Assembly: GCA_028534125.1 (NCBI GenBank)
Contig: CM052817.1
Span: 80,664,001 to 80,728,000 of the forward strand
Direction: 5' to 3'
DNA from: Lama glama
Taxonomy: Eukaryota
Length of the DNA: 64,000 bases
Shown here piece after piece: positions 41,440 through 54,049 of the stretch; positions within the stretch are counted from its first letter, which is position 1, and every line of letters begins with the position of its first letter. A program made the translations under genes and the position numbers. The notes below the pieces were generated by a model. That model saw only the letters and a list, made by a program, of their open reading frames with translations, was not told the DNA's origin and did no database searches.

Positions 41440-41745
41440 CTAGAAATACTGACTTGGAAATATGTTCATGGTAGATTAATGAAAAACCATGTTGAAGACT
41501 GATACGTTTAGCATCATCCCATTTTGTAAAAAACAGAAATCTATAGACGATGTATATCTACATAGGTAAAAATTGAGGAAAATATCTCACTGTTAGTATT
41601 AGTTTTCTGTGGAGAGCAGGTTTTAAAGGATAAAGGAGACTTTAAGTCAAAAAGTTCTAGATGGGGAAAGTAGGAGAAACATTTATTTATTAAGTGATTC
41701 AAACATTTGAATTTTTTGCAGTGAGCCTGCATTACTAATGTAATC
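41440..41745 (+). mobile_element. Old L1 (L1ME-like) 3' end
   Basis: 'tactgacttggaaatatgttcatg...agcatcatcccattttgtaaaa'. Confidence 0.6.
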
Positions 41746-42334
41746 ACAGGGAAACCCAAGATTTTATACAAACATTTACATATTTGTGCATATATATGTG
41801 TTTGCATATATGTATATTGTATATAATATATGAATAATATATGAGTTCATTATTTTAGGTCAGTCACTAAATTCCCTCAGAAGCAATAAGATTTACAGAT
41901 GGGTTCCCAGGATGGATAGAGAGAGAAGAGAGACGGTATTAGTAAACAAAATGCAGCTAGCCGTAAATAAAAAATGCGCTTTTGTGGTAACAGTGTTTTC
42001 TGTTTGGTACATCTTCCCCTTATGTCCATGGAAACACAGCTTTCCAAGTTAGATGAGAAGAAGGGGTACTTCAGCTTCATTACATTACAATAATGTCCTT
42101 GGGGTTGTCTCTGGAGTGGTAGGGCCGCGTAGCCCTGGAAGCAAATCTGTTAACAAGATAGGATCTTTGGGGCAAAGAATGACAAAAGGAAGATACCTGA
42201 AGGCACTCACTGGAAAAGCCCAGCAATCAAAGATGCAGTCTCTTGTACAAACTTGTATGAGAACAGCAAAATCCGTTGTCCACTATTTAATTTTTCTTTC
42301 CTTTTTGCTTTACAATATTTAACTTTATTCCAAA

Positions 42335-42960
42335 TTTCCCCAGTCTTTGAACACATACTGTTGACTAGGCATGTGGCCATGTGCTTGTGTAGAAACGAAC
42401 ACCTGGCCCTGCCTGCAGGGGGTTCAATCTGGGGGGGTCATGGAAAACAAGCAGGAACAGAAGTGTGTGGAGAGCACGCTGACAGATCTGAGTTCAGGCC
42501 CCCTGGAAACACTACTGTGGGGGTCTACACTGTGAGTCGGGGCAGGGCTGAATCCCTGCGCAGCTCTGGATGTGCGCTGGTTGCCTCACGTCCCTGCCAA
42601 TGGCACCTCCTGGAGCCCAGGTGAACGTTGCTTTCTGGAGCCGGGTAATTAGGTGGCCTGGACTGCAGGTCATCTTAGAATGAGTACTAAATGAGTATTC
42701 AAAAATAAATGGAAAATCACCAGATGAAGGGACTGGGTGGAGGGGAAGGGCTTTCCACACAAGGAACTCTGCAAGCACAAAGGTTTCTGTAAACTGAGGA
42801 AAGCCCTAGTCAGATCGTGAAGGTCCTGATGTGCGGTATTGAGTGAGTTTAAATTTTGAACTCAAGGTGAGAGGGAAGATAGTGAGGGATATTTGGTGTG
42901 GGAGTGACGGGAATCCGATTCACGTTTTAGGAGAATGGATGGTGTAAGTGGTGAGAAATA
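42335..42960 (-). mobile_element. L2 fragments
   Basis: 'cctggccctgcctgcagggggttcaatctg' and 'agtcagatcgtgaaggtcct...gattcacgttttaggagaatgg'. Confidence 0.55.
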
Positions 42961-43067
42961 GATATTTGTGCTACTGTTTAGCTACAGAGGAAATTAGGGG
43001 GATTCAGATGATCCCACACGTGTCGCAGAAGAGAAGGGGCAGATGGACAGAACAAGGCTGACTGAAC

Positions 43068-43325
43068 ACTACTCATCCTTAGATTTAGCTTAACGTGACC
43101 TCCTCAAAGCCCGAAGGAGATATTCTAATGGCATACCTTTACTTTATTACTTATAACAATCTGTAACACTCATCCATGTATAAGGTAGTTTATTTAATCT
43201 CTGTTCTGTCACAAGGATAGGGAATTTATTTGCTTTGTTCCCTATTCTAGCTCAAGAACATAGCATAGTATTGAAATAGGGAGATGCAAATACAGACAAT
43301 TGTTGAGTGAATGAATGAATGAATA
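43068..43325 (+). mobile_element. L2 3' end
   Basis: 'ctactcatccttagatttagcttaacgtgacctcctc...ttgttgagtgaatgaatgaatgaa'. Confidence 0.75.
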
Positions 43326-43329
43326 AGAG

Positions 43330-43850
43330 AAGAGGCAAGCGTTCTCAGATTTCTCCCTTGAAAATCTGGGTAAATACTGTGCCATTCACTACATGGATGC
43401 CTTATAACCGTATGAGACATGGAGATCTGACCATGTTGAGTTTTAAGTGTTTGTGGGTGCAATTTCTAGCAGGCATTGTAAAAAAAAAATAGGAACAGAA
43501 ACTTACAAGGGAGAGCTGAAGACAATGATCTCATACCCTTTGGGATGTGAGTGTGGCTGATACTATGGGAGTAAGAGGGCTGGCTCAGGAAAGCAGGTAC
43601 GAAGAAGAGAGGGGTGCCTGCATTGGACACTTGGGGATAACCAATATTTAAAAGGCAGACAAGGAGGCACCTTGAAGGCAACTTAGAAGGTAATTAGGTG
43701 AGAAGTAGAGGAAAAAGTGATGTTATCAAGACAGAAGAAAGTGTGGCAGTCAAATGCTGCCAAGAAGTTTACTGAGATATGAACTGAAAAGTGTTCATTA
43801 AATTTGTCAACTCAGATCTTGGCAAGAACGGTGTTAATTGTATGAGCAAA
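43330..43850 (-). mobile_element. L2 fragment
   Basis: 'ccatgttgagttttaagtgtttgtggg...ccaatatttaaaaggcag...gtcaaatgctgccaag...gaactgaaaagtgttcatt'. Confidence 0.75.
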
Positions 43851-44106
43851 GGATGATTATCCTGGGTGGGGGTGGGAGGTGAGGAGAGGAAATGGTGTGT
43901 AGGGAGGGCTTTTCCTGGGCATCCCTTTGTGACATTATAGGAACTGAGGATGTATCATGTGGGGATATGAATGTGGAAGGCAGAGCACTCCTTGAAGGTT
44001 TACAGTTAAATTATGACTTGAAAACCTTGGTAGAAGAAGATTATGAAGTGCTCCTGTCGCGTCTTATATCCAGTTTAGGACTTCACGGTTTAGAAAAAGA
44101 ACATGG

Positions 44107-44969
44107 AATATCACTAATTATCAGAGAAATGCAAATCAGAACTACAGTGGGGTATCACCTCACACCAGTCAGAATGGCCGTCATTCAAAAATCCAAAAAT
44201 GACAAATGCTGGAGAGGCTGTGGAGAAAGGGGAACCCTCCTACACTGCTGGTAGGAATGCAGTTTGGTGCAGCCATTGGGGAAGACAGTATGGAGACTCC
44301 TCAAAAGACTAGGAATAGACTTACCACATGACCCAGAAATCCCACTCCTGGGTATATATCCAGAAGGAACCCTACTTCAAAAAGACACCTGCACCCCAAT
44401 GTTCATAGCAGCACTATTTACAATAGCCAAGACATGGAAACAGCCTAAATGTCCATCAAACGATGACTGGATAAAGAAGATGTGGTATATTTATACCATG
44501 GAATACTATTCAGCCATAAAAACCGACAACATAACACCATTTGCAGCAACACAGATGTTCCTGGAGAATGTCATTCTAAGTGAAGTAAGCTAGAAAGAGA
44601 AAGGAAAATACCATATGAGATCACTCATATGTGGAATCTAAAAAAAAAAAGAACATAAATACAAAACAGAAACAGACTCATAGACATAGAATACAAGCTT
44701 GTGGTTGCCAAGGTGGGGGGAGGGTGGGAAGGGATAGACTGGGAGTTCAAAATTTGTAGATACTGACAGGTATATGCAGAATAAATAAACAAGATTATTC
44801 TGTATAGCACAGGGAACTATATACAAGATCTTGTGGTAGCTCACAGTGAAAAAAAAATGTGACAAACAATATATGTATGTTCATGTATAACTGAAAAATT
44901 GTGCTCTACACTGGAACTTGACATAACATTGTAAAATGACTATAACTCAATAAAAATGTTAAAAAAAAA
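44107..44969 (+). mobile_element. Relatively young 5'-truncated L1 (ORF2 C-terminus with cysteine-rich region, 3' UTR, AATAAA, poly-A)
   Basis: '[23 protein letters not shown]...[16 protein letters not shown]' then ORF 44264-44593; premature stops at 44252 and 44591; A-tail at 44961-44969. Confidence 0.97.
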
Positions 44970-44974
44970 CATTA

Positions 44975-45815
44975 ACAACAGATTTGGGGGAAGTATTGTG
45001 ACACACGTAATAAAGGGCTGATGTGCACAGTATCTAAGGAGATTTTACTAATCCATATGAAGAAGACAAACAATCCTGAAGAACTCTGGTCAAAGAAAAT
45101 CAAGAATTCAAAAAATAAATGGCCAGTAAGAATATATAAAGATGCCCAACCTTATAGAAATCAATGAAATAGGATATTATTGTTCATTCTTTAGAAACCT
45201 CTCACAACCTCCAAATGCTGGTAAGGGTGGGTAGACCAGTCGTGTTCGTTGGAGGTCATAGTGTAAACTGTCCTTTTGGGAAGACACAGAATAGTACCTT
45301 TTCAAAATGTTAAAAAATACATATTTAGTAGACATGGCAAATACACTTTTGTCATAGAAATACTGGCATGTATGGAAAAATATGTACTCATAATGTCAAG
45401 TTAGTATTGTTTAAATAATGGAAAACTGAAATTTTCCTAAACATGCATCAATAGAATAATTGTTCAATAACTTATGACAGAGTGTCTTATCTATGAAATG
45501 CCGTAGAGTCATCCAAATGAATGAAATATATACTCATATGGAAAGATTCTCTAGATGTTGTCTTTGTGAAAAACTGAGAGAGTGTACATACATGCACATG
45601 AGTATGTACACGTATATATGCCCATTTGTGAATGTACGGAAAACTGTCTAGAAGGATCTACACAAACTTTTACCAGTGGTTACCTGTGAGAGTGGAAATG
45701 AATTTGGGGAAGGAGTGAAGGGAGTTTTCGTTTTCCTTTGATAGATTTTTGTGCTGTCTGAATGCTTAATTAGAATATATTCTTTGTGTACATAAAAGTA
45801 CACATGTAAAAAAGA
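44975..45815 (+). mobile_element. Old L1 (L1ME-like) ORF2 end and 3' UTR
   Basis: 'aaatggccagtaagaatatataaagatgcccaacc...ccaaatgctggtaagggtg...ctagaaggatctacacaaacttttaccagtggttacct'. Confidence 0.75.
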
Positions 45816-46349
45816 AATACCTTTACTTCTCCCAACATTGTGCTTTTTTTGACTTGTTCATAGTGTATACAACAGAACTTATTCGAGTATAAATGTTTAA
45901 TTTTCATAAAATGAGAACTTATGTATAAATGTATCTTTAAAATTTAAAAATAAAATAAAATAAAAGTCTCTGGATAAAAACGTGTCTTTCAGGTGGAAGC
46001 AAAAGGTAGAACCAAGTAATAAATTAATCAAGCAGCTCTACCTTGCTCTTGTACTGAGACTAAATGAGTGAAAAGTTAATTAATTGAAATATTTGTAAAA
46101 ACTAAGTTATTCTAACAGTGCAGAGAGGATAATATAAGGAAGGTTGCAAACCTTTGGCTCCTTCTCTGTTCCCTCAAGGTTCATACTTAGAGGGGTTAGG
46201 TCGTTTGTTGTGGATTTTCTTCATTCTAATGATGGTACAAATAACAGGAAATGCAAAACTGAAAAAAAAAAAAAAGAAAAAGAACCTGGAAATGGTTCTG
46301 GGGAGATTCACACAGATGGTTATTTGATCATAAAATAAGACCTTGAGAA

Positions 46350-46560
46350 TAAAAAGGGGGACAGCTTCTTCAGTGTGAGGAGTGCTGCAGCTCAGAAGAG
46401 GGGCTGTGTACTTTATCTCCCCGAGGAGGGAGCATGGAATAGGACTTTGGCTGCAACAGGGGGAATTGAATTTAGAAATCAGGACGACCTCACATTGCGA
46501 TTGAGCTTTCCAACAGGTTGAGAAGCTGCAGTGAAGTCTGTTCTTAGAGGTCTCTGAAAT
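46350..46560 (+). mobile_element. Possible CR1/L3 3' fragment
   Basis: 'gcaacagggggaattgaatttagaaatcaggacgacc...tcttagaggtctctgaa' loosely resembles the L3 tail. Confidence 0.35.
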
Positions 46561-47694
46561 TTAATATTAATAGTTTTGAAATAAGACCCTGAGGAGTAAA
46601 CGTTGGTGATTTTGACTTAATTCTTTCTGAGAGAGAATAGTTGGCCGATGGTCTCGGTGGCTGGGGACTGACGGCATACCTCCCCACAGCTGCGGGGTGA
46701 GCCTCTTGCCAGCCACACCGAGCAGATTTGACACAAAGCGGTTATTTGTAAGCCCCCGAGAGCCTTTTCCCCATCTCAAACCCTGAATCTGCTCACGGTG
46801 CTTCCTGTGGGCTTCACGTTTAGACCTCAGTAAACTTGAAAAATCCATCTGGTGTTGGCTGAGTCTAGAATTCTGGAATGCAAGATAATTTGGACAAAAG
46901 GAGAAGCTAAGTGGAAATCTCAGAGTACTCTAAGTCCTTGTGAATTTTGGAAGCCTCAAACCCTCTTTTATTTTTTTCCTCTCAAATTGCTCTGAATGGA
47001 TGAACAGCTCATTGTGGGCCGTTTATGTGGTTTATATACAATTAGTCATCTCGCAGCACAGGAGACCCAGGCCACTCCCACCACCAATTGTATTTTTTTG
47101 ATGGGAAAAGACTATACACCAGCCACACCACCTTCACTCAGTTTCTCGTTTGTCCTCTTAAAAGTGTATCCTTTTGTTGGAACCATTTTCTTACTTTTTT
47201 AAAGGAAGATTTCATGGAATGTCTTCACAATGACATTTCTATCATATTTTAAAGCTTTTATCGGTATTAGAATTATTCTGTCTATAAAGATCTGCGTGAA
47301 AATGTATTGACATAGATGTAATTAAAGTCAAAACAAGAAAAGGGACATTTTTACTTCATGTGTACTTTGGTATCTATCATGATGGTCCCCAAGTTTAAAA
47401 TTGTATGAAGCCTAGAAAGGATATTAGTTTTTCTTTTACCTAATATAAATTGTTATTTAACCAGTAATAAACAAGATAAGTAGCTATTTCCATGGCTAAT
47501 TATGTTTCTGTGTTTATCTTTGTATATGTTTTCTATTCCATCTCCCTTTTTTGATGGATTAAGTGCATGAGTTAGTTACCTTAGGACCTAAAACACTGAC
47601 AATGCACCAGTTTTGGTCAGAGTAAAACTAGAGGTAAGCTGCTGAATGAAATAATTAGCTACTAGTCTTGCTTAATTTGTTCACGATCTAGTCA

Positions 47695-47850
47695 CTTAAC
47701 TCATTCATTCTCTCATTTATTGATTCATTTGGTGGCTACTTTGGGGCAGGAATCATGCTCTGCACTGAGGATAAATAACACATAGCCCATGCATTCCAGA
47801 AGCTTGCAAATCTGTTGAAGGGAGACAGGCATGTGAAAAAAATAAGGGCA
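47695..47850 (-). mobile_element. L2 3' fragment
   Basis: 'tcattcattc...tactttggggcaggaatcatgctctgcactgaggata...ggagacaggcatgt'. Confidence 0.7.
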
Positions 47851-48188
47851 ACTATATAGTTAGAACTCTTTGGGTTGCATGTGACAGAGACTCAACTTAA
47901 ACTAGTTTAAGACAAATGTGGGAATTTATGGACCTACAGGAGTTCTGAACAAAGCCTGAAAGACAGGATGCAGCCAAACCTTGGGGACACCTTGAAGTGG
48001 TAATTTCCCCTAGCACTGAATTTCCCTCTTTTACCTCAGTGTTTTCTTTGGAGTGATACCTTCTGCGTCCCTCCAGACATTCTCTTTAGTGGTGGTCTCA
48101 CTACTGCCAACTCCTGCCTGTCAACTCTGTGCTTTCCACAAAGGAGAGGTTGCAATTAACTTTCAAACTTTGGTTTAAGAAATCGTTG

Positions 48189-48398
48189 AATCATTGCATT
48201 GGATCTGTAGATTGCTTTGGGTAGTGTGGCCATTTTGATGATACTGATTCTTCCAATCCAAGAGCACAAGAAGTCATTCCATTTCTTTGTACATCCTTCA
48301 ATTTCCTTCATCAATGTTTTACAGTTTTCAGCATATAGGTAACCTCCTTGGTTAAGTTTATGTCTAGATATTTTGTTGTTTTTGGTGCAATGGAAATG
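48189..48398 (-). mobile_element. Internal L1 ORF2 fragment
   Basis: ORF 48156-48509(-) has '[45 protein letters not shown]'. Confidence 0.92.
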
Positions 48399-48455
48399 TT
48401 TATGCCAGTTATAAAATTCTGGTTTTTGAAATGAAAAAAAAAGTGAATGAAGGGC

Positions 48456-48635
48456 CATAAAATGGCAAAATATCCTTCTTTTCAATGGGTGAGTTGTATT
48501 CCATTCCATATATATGCTGTGTCTTCTTTATCCATTCATCTATTGATGTGCACTTAGGATGCTTCCATATCTTGGCGATTATAAATAATGTTGCTGTTAA
48601 CAGCGGGGTGTATGTATCTTTTGAGTTAATTCTTA
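48456..48635 (-). mobile_element. L1 ORF2 C-terminal fragment
   Basis: ORF 48409-48720(-) has '[33 protein letters not shown]'. Confidence 0.9.
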
Positions 48636-50772
48636 TTTTGTGGTTGGCTTTTATTCCTTTGATAACTATGTAGGTTTGAAAAGCTGAAGCTCTAAATGAT
48701 TTTAGAAACAATGAGTACATATATGTAAATTAAAAAAAATCATTGAGAAGTAACTGGATCATCCTGGTTTAGACCAGGGTCCAATTCTAGATCAGTCAAG
48801 TGTAGCCACTGGGAGAGGGTCATGTAAAAATGTTGCTGCTCTTGAAATAGCTGCATGGGTTGAGATGGGGGACAATTATGGAAGAAGAGTCCCAGAACGT
48901 CCAACCTCATGTACCCCAGTATTCTAGGCACTGTGATAGACATCTGACCAGGTATCAGTGAGGGCATAAAATGGGGCTTAGTCCTTTTGGGGGAATCAGT
49001 CACCTTTTACAGGGAAAAGATTATACTTAAACTCGGCTTGGAAACATGTATATTTATGTATATTTATTCTTCAAGTAGATTATGGGGTTTGGGCTGGGAG
49101 AGTGCGGAGAGAGCATGGGATTGATGAAAAAGGAAGTCTCAAGAGGCAGGTTGGGGCCAGAACAGTGAAGATCTTATACTTCATGTTTGGTCCTGCAGAC
49201 AAATACTAAAAGATATTTTTTGAAAGAAGCGCCCAGAAGTTCCTTTTGAATGTTTTCCAGCTAAGAAAACCATACATCTCACTGTTTTTCTTCTTAACAT
49301 GAATTTAAGAGATAGAATTTTCTTAAGACTGACATTTTGGAAGAAGGCTTGTGCAGGTATATTTCAACGAAGTGTATGTGAAATTTTATGGATCTTTAAT
49401 AAAACAAATTAGCATATAGACTTTGTAATGTTGGTGAGTACTTTTTAAGGTTTTAGAAATGTGGCCTTGAAACTAGTGTCTAACCTATGGGGAAGAGAGG
49501 AGGAAGGACTGAAAGAATGGACTAGAAGGTGTGGAAAGCGAGTTAGATTAAGAGAGGGGTTGGAAAAGATGGGCAGAAGATAAAGATCCAGTTTTAAGCA
49601 GAAAGTAGAAGCCCCTTCCAGGAAGAAGAGATTCTAGGAACCGAAAAAAAACGTGGTTCCAAATGTGGGTAGAAGTTTTGAGTGCTGACAATAAGGCATG
49701 GGTGGTGGTATTTCTAAGCCTATAAATGAATTTCAGAATTATATTTTTTGAATCAATTGAACCTGAGAACCAGAACTGACAGTCAATGATATTAAATTAC
49801 TGCATCCTTACTAAGCGTGTTGAGTTGGGGTTTGCAAATACCAACAACGGCCCAATTAACTGGGGAGCAGACATGAGGACTGGGGCCTTGGCTTTTATGT
49901 CTTTCAGTGTGGCTGCCTTAGGGTTGAGCACATAAAAAGAGAGACTTATTGATTGATTTCTAGCAACTTGACAAGTATCTCTTTTATGGCATAGTAGATA
50001 TGTACTTAGCAAAGATGCATTTAAATTAATTTCTTGACTGGAAAACTAAGTTTAAGTAATCAGGGTTTTCTCTAAATAGTGGACTGATTTCTTACCTTTA
50101 CAAGCAGAGCAGTGAACCAAGACCAATAACATAGTGCGTGATTAGATACTTGTTTCTGGTTTGGAGAGGATTTGCTTAAAGTGGAGCAGATTTCAGAATG
50201 ACAAAACGAGTTTCCCTGGCCAGTCTGGTATCAAGCTTTTGTTTGTGATACTTGATTATGTACTTTGGCTGCAGAAACCAAACATATGTTCCAATCCAAT
50301 TTAGCCTCTGCTCAGAGCCATTCTCCTTATTTGTCCAAAAGTTCCAGAACTAAATTTTTGTTTTTGCACTCACTCTGAGCATTCAGTCCCCCATGTATTT
50401 CAGGGACAACAGGCACTCAGGGATCTGGGTTTGACTCATGGCTTTTATATTTAAGAAGCAGGACATGCTATTTTAGTCATTTTTAATGATGGCAAGCTGG
50501 ACGCCAGATGTTTCAAAGGATAAAGTATCTTACTCTCGTGGAATCACATGCAGTGTAGATTTGTTTTCTGACGTAGATGGAAGTCACTCAGGCTCCTATA
50601 TAATACAGTTTAAGCAAAACGCTTCCTGTTCACTGTCTATGCTTCCAATAATCTCACACCTCTACTGTAAAAGTCTTTAGCATATTCTATATTTTGCCTC
50701 AGGGAAGAATACCTTTAGAACCCCAGGTTATGTACCCATGGAAATAGAGACAACCCAGTCTTTCCCTTCTGC

Positions 50773-51154
50773 TGTGGGGAAAACCCTGCTCTTCCCTACT
50801 CTGTTTTATTCCTTGTGTGTCTCCTTATTACTCACAGAACACATCACTTCTGACACTTTTGGTCACCAAGTGTGTGGAGGTTTTTCCTCACAACAAGTGA
50901 TCCTCTGTGACACCAGCTGGGTCCTATAATTTAACTCAATTCTCATCCTATGTACCTAGACATAGTGTCACATCCCACAGGTTAAGGTCTTAATCCCACA
51001 AGACGGACTTCCCCCTTCCCTCCATCAGACACCAGTCGCAAACTCAAATTATCACCTGTTCTTCTGACTAACTGGCTATATAGATTGGCAGTTCCAGTGA
51101 CTCCTTCCTTGGGTTGGATTAATTTGCTAGGGTGGCTCTCAGAACTCAGGGAAG
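50773..51154 (-). mobile_element. MER21-type ERVL LTR, 3' half only
   Basis: Aligns by eye with 59890-60195 of the intact copy ('cacttctgacac...ggtcaccaa...gacaccagctg...tttaactcaattc...cagaactcagggaa'). Confidence 0.85.
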
Positions 51155-51335
51155 ACCTTCAGAAGAGAGGTCACAGGTGGTGAAACATCAAGCTAGGAGG
51201 CACCTAGATCCCTGAAGGCTTCGTGGAGCACAGCCTTGCTAATCACATTGAATTTTTTCCCTCCAGACATAGAACAGAGACATAAACAACCTCATTTTTA
51301 GTTTTAGTGTTAAAACCAACTCTCCTTCCAATATA
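51155..51335 (+). mobile_element. MLT1-type (MLT1I/J-like) LTR, 3' half only
   Basis: 'ggaggcacctagatccctgaaggcttcgtggagcacagcc...agagacataaac...ccaatata'. Confidence 0.7.
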
Positions 51336-51935
51336 TCATCCAGCACATTTTTTACAGTGCCTTAACTCAAAATGTTTCCAGATGCAGTTTGTTTTTGCTT
51401 TTGTTTTTTAAATATCTCCATAGTTTTAAAAAGAAAAAAAAAAGCTAAGGCTGCCGTGGACATGAGTTTCCTGCATATTTATTTTCCAAGCAAAAGAAAA
51501 GCAGGGAGTTTTTTCCTCTCCCTTGTTTTGCCAGTTACTCTCACATCACAGCCTGTCTTACCCTTCTCACCTAGTCTATTCCCTGGAGTGTTTAGTCATC
51601 TACAGGATGAATTTTTCAGCAAATAGTTATAACATATGCAAAAATGAAGTGTTCCTGGAGCTTTGGAGAGCTCTGAAAACACTATTTGAGAGCAACCATC
51701 TCAGGACTGCAAGCCTTTTCATCAGTTAAGAGATCAGAGGTCGGCACCAACATCTTCTGGGCTCAAATTCTCAGCCCCCAAACTTAACATTAGAAACTTA
51801 TTTTTAAAAAATTTTAAATATGCATCTAAATATTAATCAGTATTCCCCAAATGTGTTCACTCACATGAAGAGCTACTCCTGTGAAAAGTTATTTATAGTC
51901 ACATAAAGTTCCTTGTTTATATGCTTATATGCATC

Positions 51936-51937
<2 letters not shown>

Positions 51938-51974
<37 letters not shown>
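51938..51974. repeat. (AC)n microsatellite
   Basis: Direct reading. Confidence 0.97.
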
Positions 51975-51979
<5 letters not shown>

Positions 51980-52384
51980 GGTTTATGAGGTCAGGAATAG
52001 TATTTGGCACATGTATTTACTCGATAACTATTTATAGAATGAATCGGTGCAAAGCTTCTTGGGCTACTTGTTTTTATTCATCTGTTTATCTCTTCCATCC
52101 TCCTTCTAAACCTGGGTTGATGGCAGGGAGGAGAATGAGGAAGACTCTTAGGACAGGCATCAGGATCATTAAAGCAGAGAGAACCACTTAATTAAATACG
52201 AGATCACCTGTATTCTCCATTCAAAGGAACACCAGTAGACACAAAATTAGTCTCTTCCCCTCCAGAATCACACACCCTGTTTAGATCATTCCACCAAAAG
52301 TTCTGCACTGATCTTGTCACACACTTGTCTTAAATCTTCCATCCTTGGCAACTGGCTCACCAGAGCACCATCATTCAATGATGG

Positions 52385-52630
52385 AATGGTTGAAAAGAGG
52401 TTAGGTTTTAAAGTCAGGGAGACCCAGATTCAAAGCTCTTTCATCAATTAGTTGAGGAAGTGAATTCAGCCCTTTAGTTCTCCTCTCTCTCTTTCTCTCC
52501 CTCTCGCCCTCTCGCCCTCTCTCTCTTTTCCTGTTAAACCAAGATGATAGTCTTAAGGACCTTGTTGGATTATTGCAAGGATTAAATCAGACACTAGTGC
52601 AGTGTCTGGCACGTGACAACACCCAGCGTG
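52385..52630 (+). mobile_element. MIR SINE with an internal CT-rich tract
   Basis: 'aagtcagggagacccagattcaaa...gattattgcaaggattaaat...cagtgtctggcacgtg'. Confidence 0.7.
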
Positions 52631-53239
52631 CAGAGGACCGTGCGTGTGGCTATGAGTTCTGGTGGCAGGCAGGCTGTCACGGGCTTCTCTGGGATGTGAG
52701 TGGCTGGCATCCCTGGGTGGATGAAGAGGCACGTATCAGGTCAACTTTCTAGTTCTGCTTTTCTCATCTGAAAATTAAAGACTTGGCCCAGAGAAATCAT
52801 CTGTCCAACTCTAGTATTTGACTAGTGTGTTGCTATGACTCTGTTAAAATAATTGAAAAAAAAATTCAACACGTATTTCTTTTTCTTAATCAGAATTTAG
52901 GGGAAATAGCATATTTGTACTGGATATTTCTCACTTGTGACTCACTGGTTGGATGACTTTTGCCAAGTCTAAATATATTAAACTTCATACTCCACATTTA
53001 TCAAATAATTGGCAATCCTGTGATTCACAAAACCAACAGGAGTATTGAGAAAACCATTTAACAAATGCAGAAAGAACTCATGCAAAATATGGTTTGTTGC
53101 CTTAACTGTATGATTCTCTGAAATAGTTTTATAAATTTAACACATAATACAATTCTCTTTAATGAAAATTATTTTTAACTTTTGACCTAAAATTGCTCAC
53201 TATTTCAAACATTGGGATCCACGAGCTATAGTAAATAAG

Positions 53240-53744
53240 CATGAGAAAATAGAAAATAAATATATTGGTCTCTGCCCTAGGTTCCTAGCAGAGTCCTAAT
53301 ACCCTTGTAATTTCTTAAATGATAAGAGACTAGGAGCATCTTTTGTTCTAATATCTGGTCTTTGACCTTGGTTCCTGACACAAGGCTCCTGAAACCCTTA
53401 TAATTTGCTGGGTGATAGGAGTGTTTTCTGTTTTAATGGGGCAACTCTGTTTAGGCTCCTGAATGTGGGCTGGTCACAGGAAAGACCAAGCCATGATTAG
53501 AAGCTTGGAATTTTCAGCCCCACTCCCTATTCTCTTGAGAAGGGAAAGGGACTGAAAATAGAGTTACTGATCAATCATGCCCACATGAAGCCTCTATAAA
53601 ATCCAAAGTGTACAGGGTTCAGAGACCTTCCAGGTTGTTGAACACATCCACACTGGAAGGGCTATACACCCTAGCTCCACAGAGGCAGAAGCTCCTGGTA
53701 TCGGGACCCTCTCAGACCTTGTCCTACGTATCTCTTCATCTGGT
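53240..53744 (+). mobile_element. MER21-type ERVL LTR, 5' half only
   Basis: 'tatattggtctctgccc...ggttcctgacacaaggctcctgaaaccctt...ggctggtcacaggaaagaccaagccatgattagaagcttggaa...tatctcttcatctggt'. Confidence 0.85.
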
Positions 53745-54049
53745 TCACCCCACGGTCCAAGAAGGCTGCTTAAGCTCCAGCCATCATGCCACTTTTCAAG
53801 TAGTGGAGAAGGAGAAGGAAGGAGAGAACCCCGCCCTCTCCCTTTAAGAATATTTACCATAAGTTGCACACATTACTTCTATTAACATCTCTCAGGCCAG
53901 ACTTTAGACAAATGGCTATACCTAAACACAGAGTGGCTGGGAAAAAACTCTTTGTTCCAGGTGGCCAAATGCCCAACTAGCTCAGGAATCCTATGACTAG
54001 AGAAAACTAAAGGATAGTGAGGGACAAAACTAACCCAGTTTCTGCCACA
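53745..54049 (-). mobile_element. MLT1-type (MLT1I/J-like) LTR, 5' half only
   Basis: Reverse complement starts TGTGGCAGA and ends 'gatggctggagcttaagcagccttcttggaccgtggggtga'. Confidence 0.8.

Larger units (their letters stand above)
47853..48850 (-). mobile_element. Old MLT1-type MaLR LTR, interrupted at ~48185-48740
   Basis: Starts 'tagttagaactctttgggttgcatgtgacagagactcaacttaaactagtttaag'; resumes at ~48745 with 'cctggtttagaccagggtccaattctagatcagtcaagtgtagcc'. Confidence 0.65.

Noticed and set aside
43892..44593. Chimeric ORF running from unique DNA into L1 ORF2
   Set aside because: Interrupted by a stop at 44252; no promoter or splice support; likely a chance in-frame read-in.
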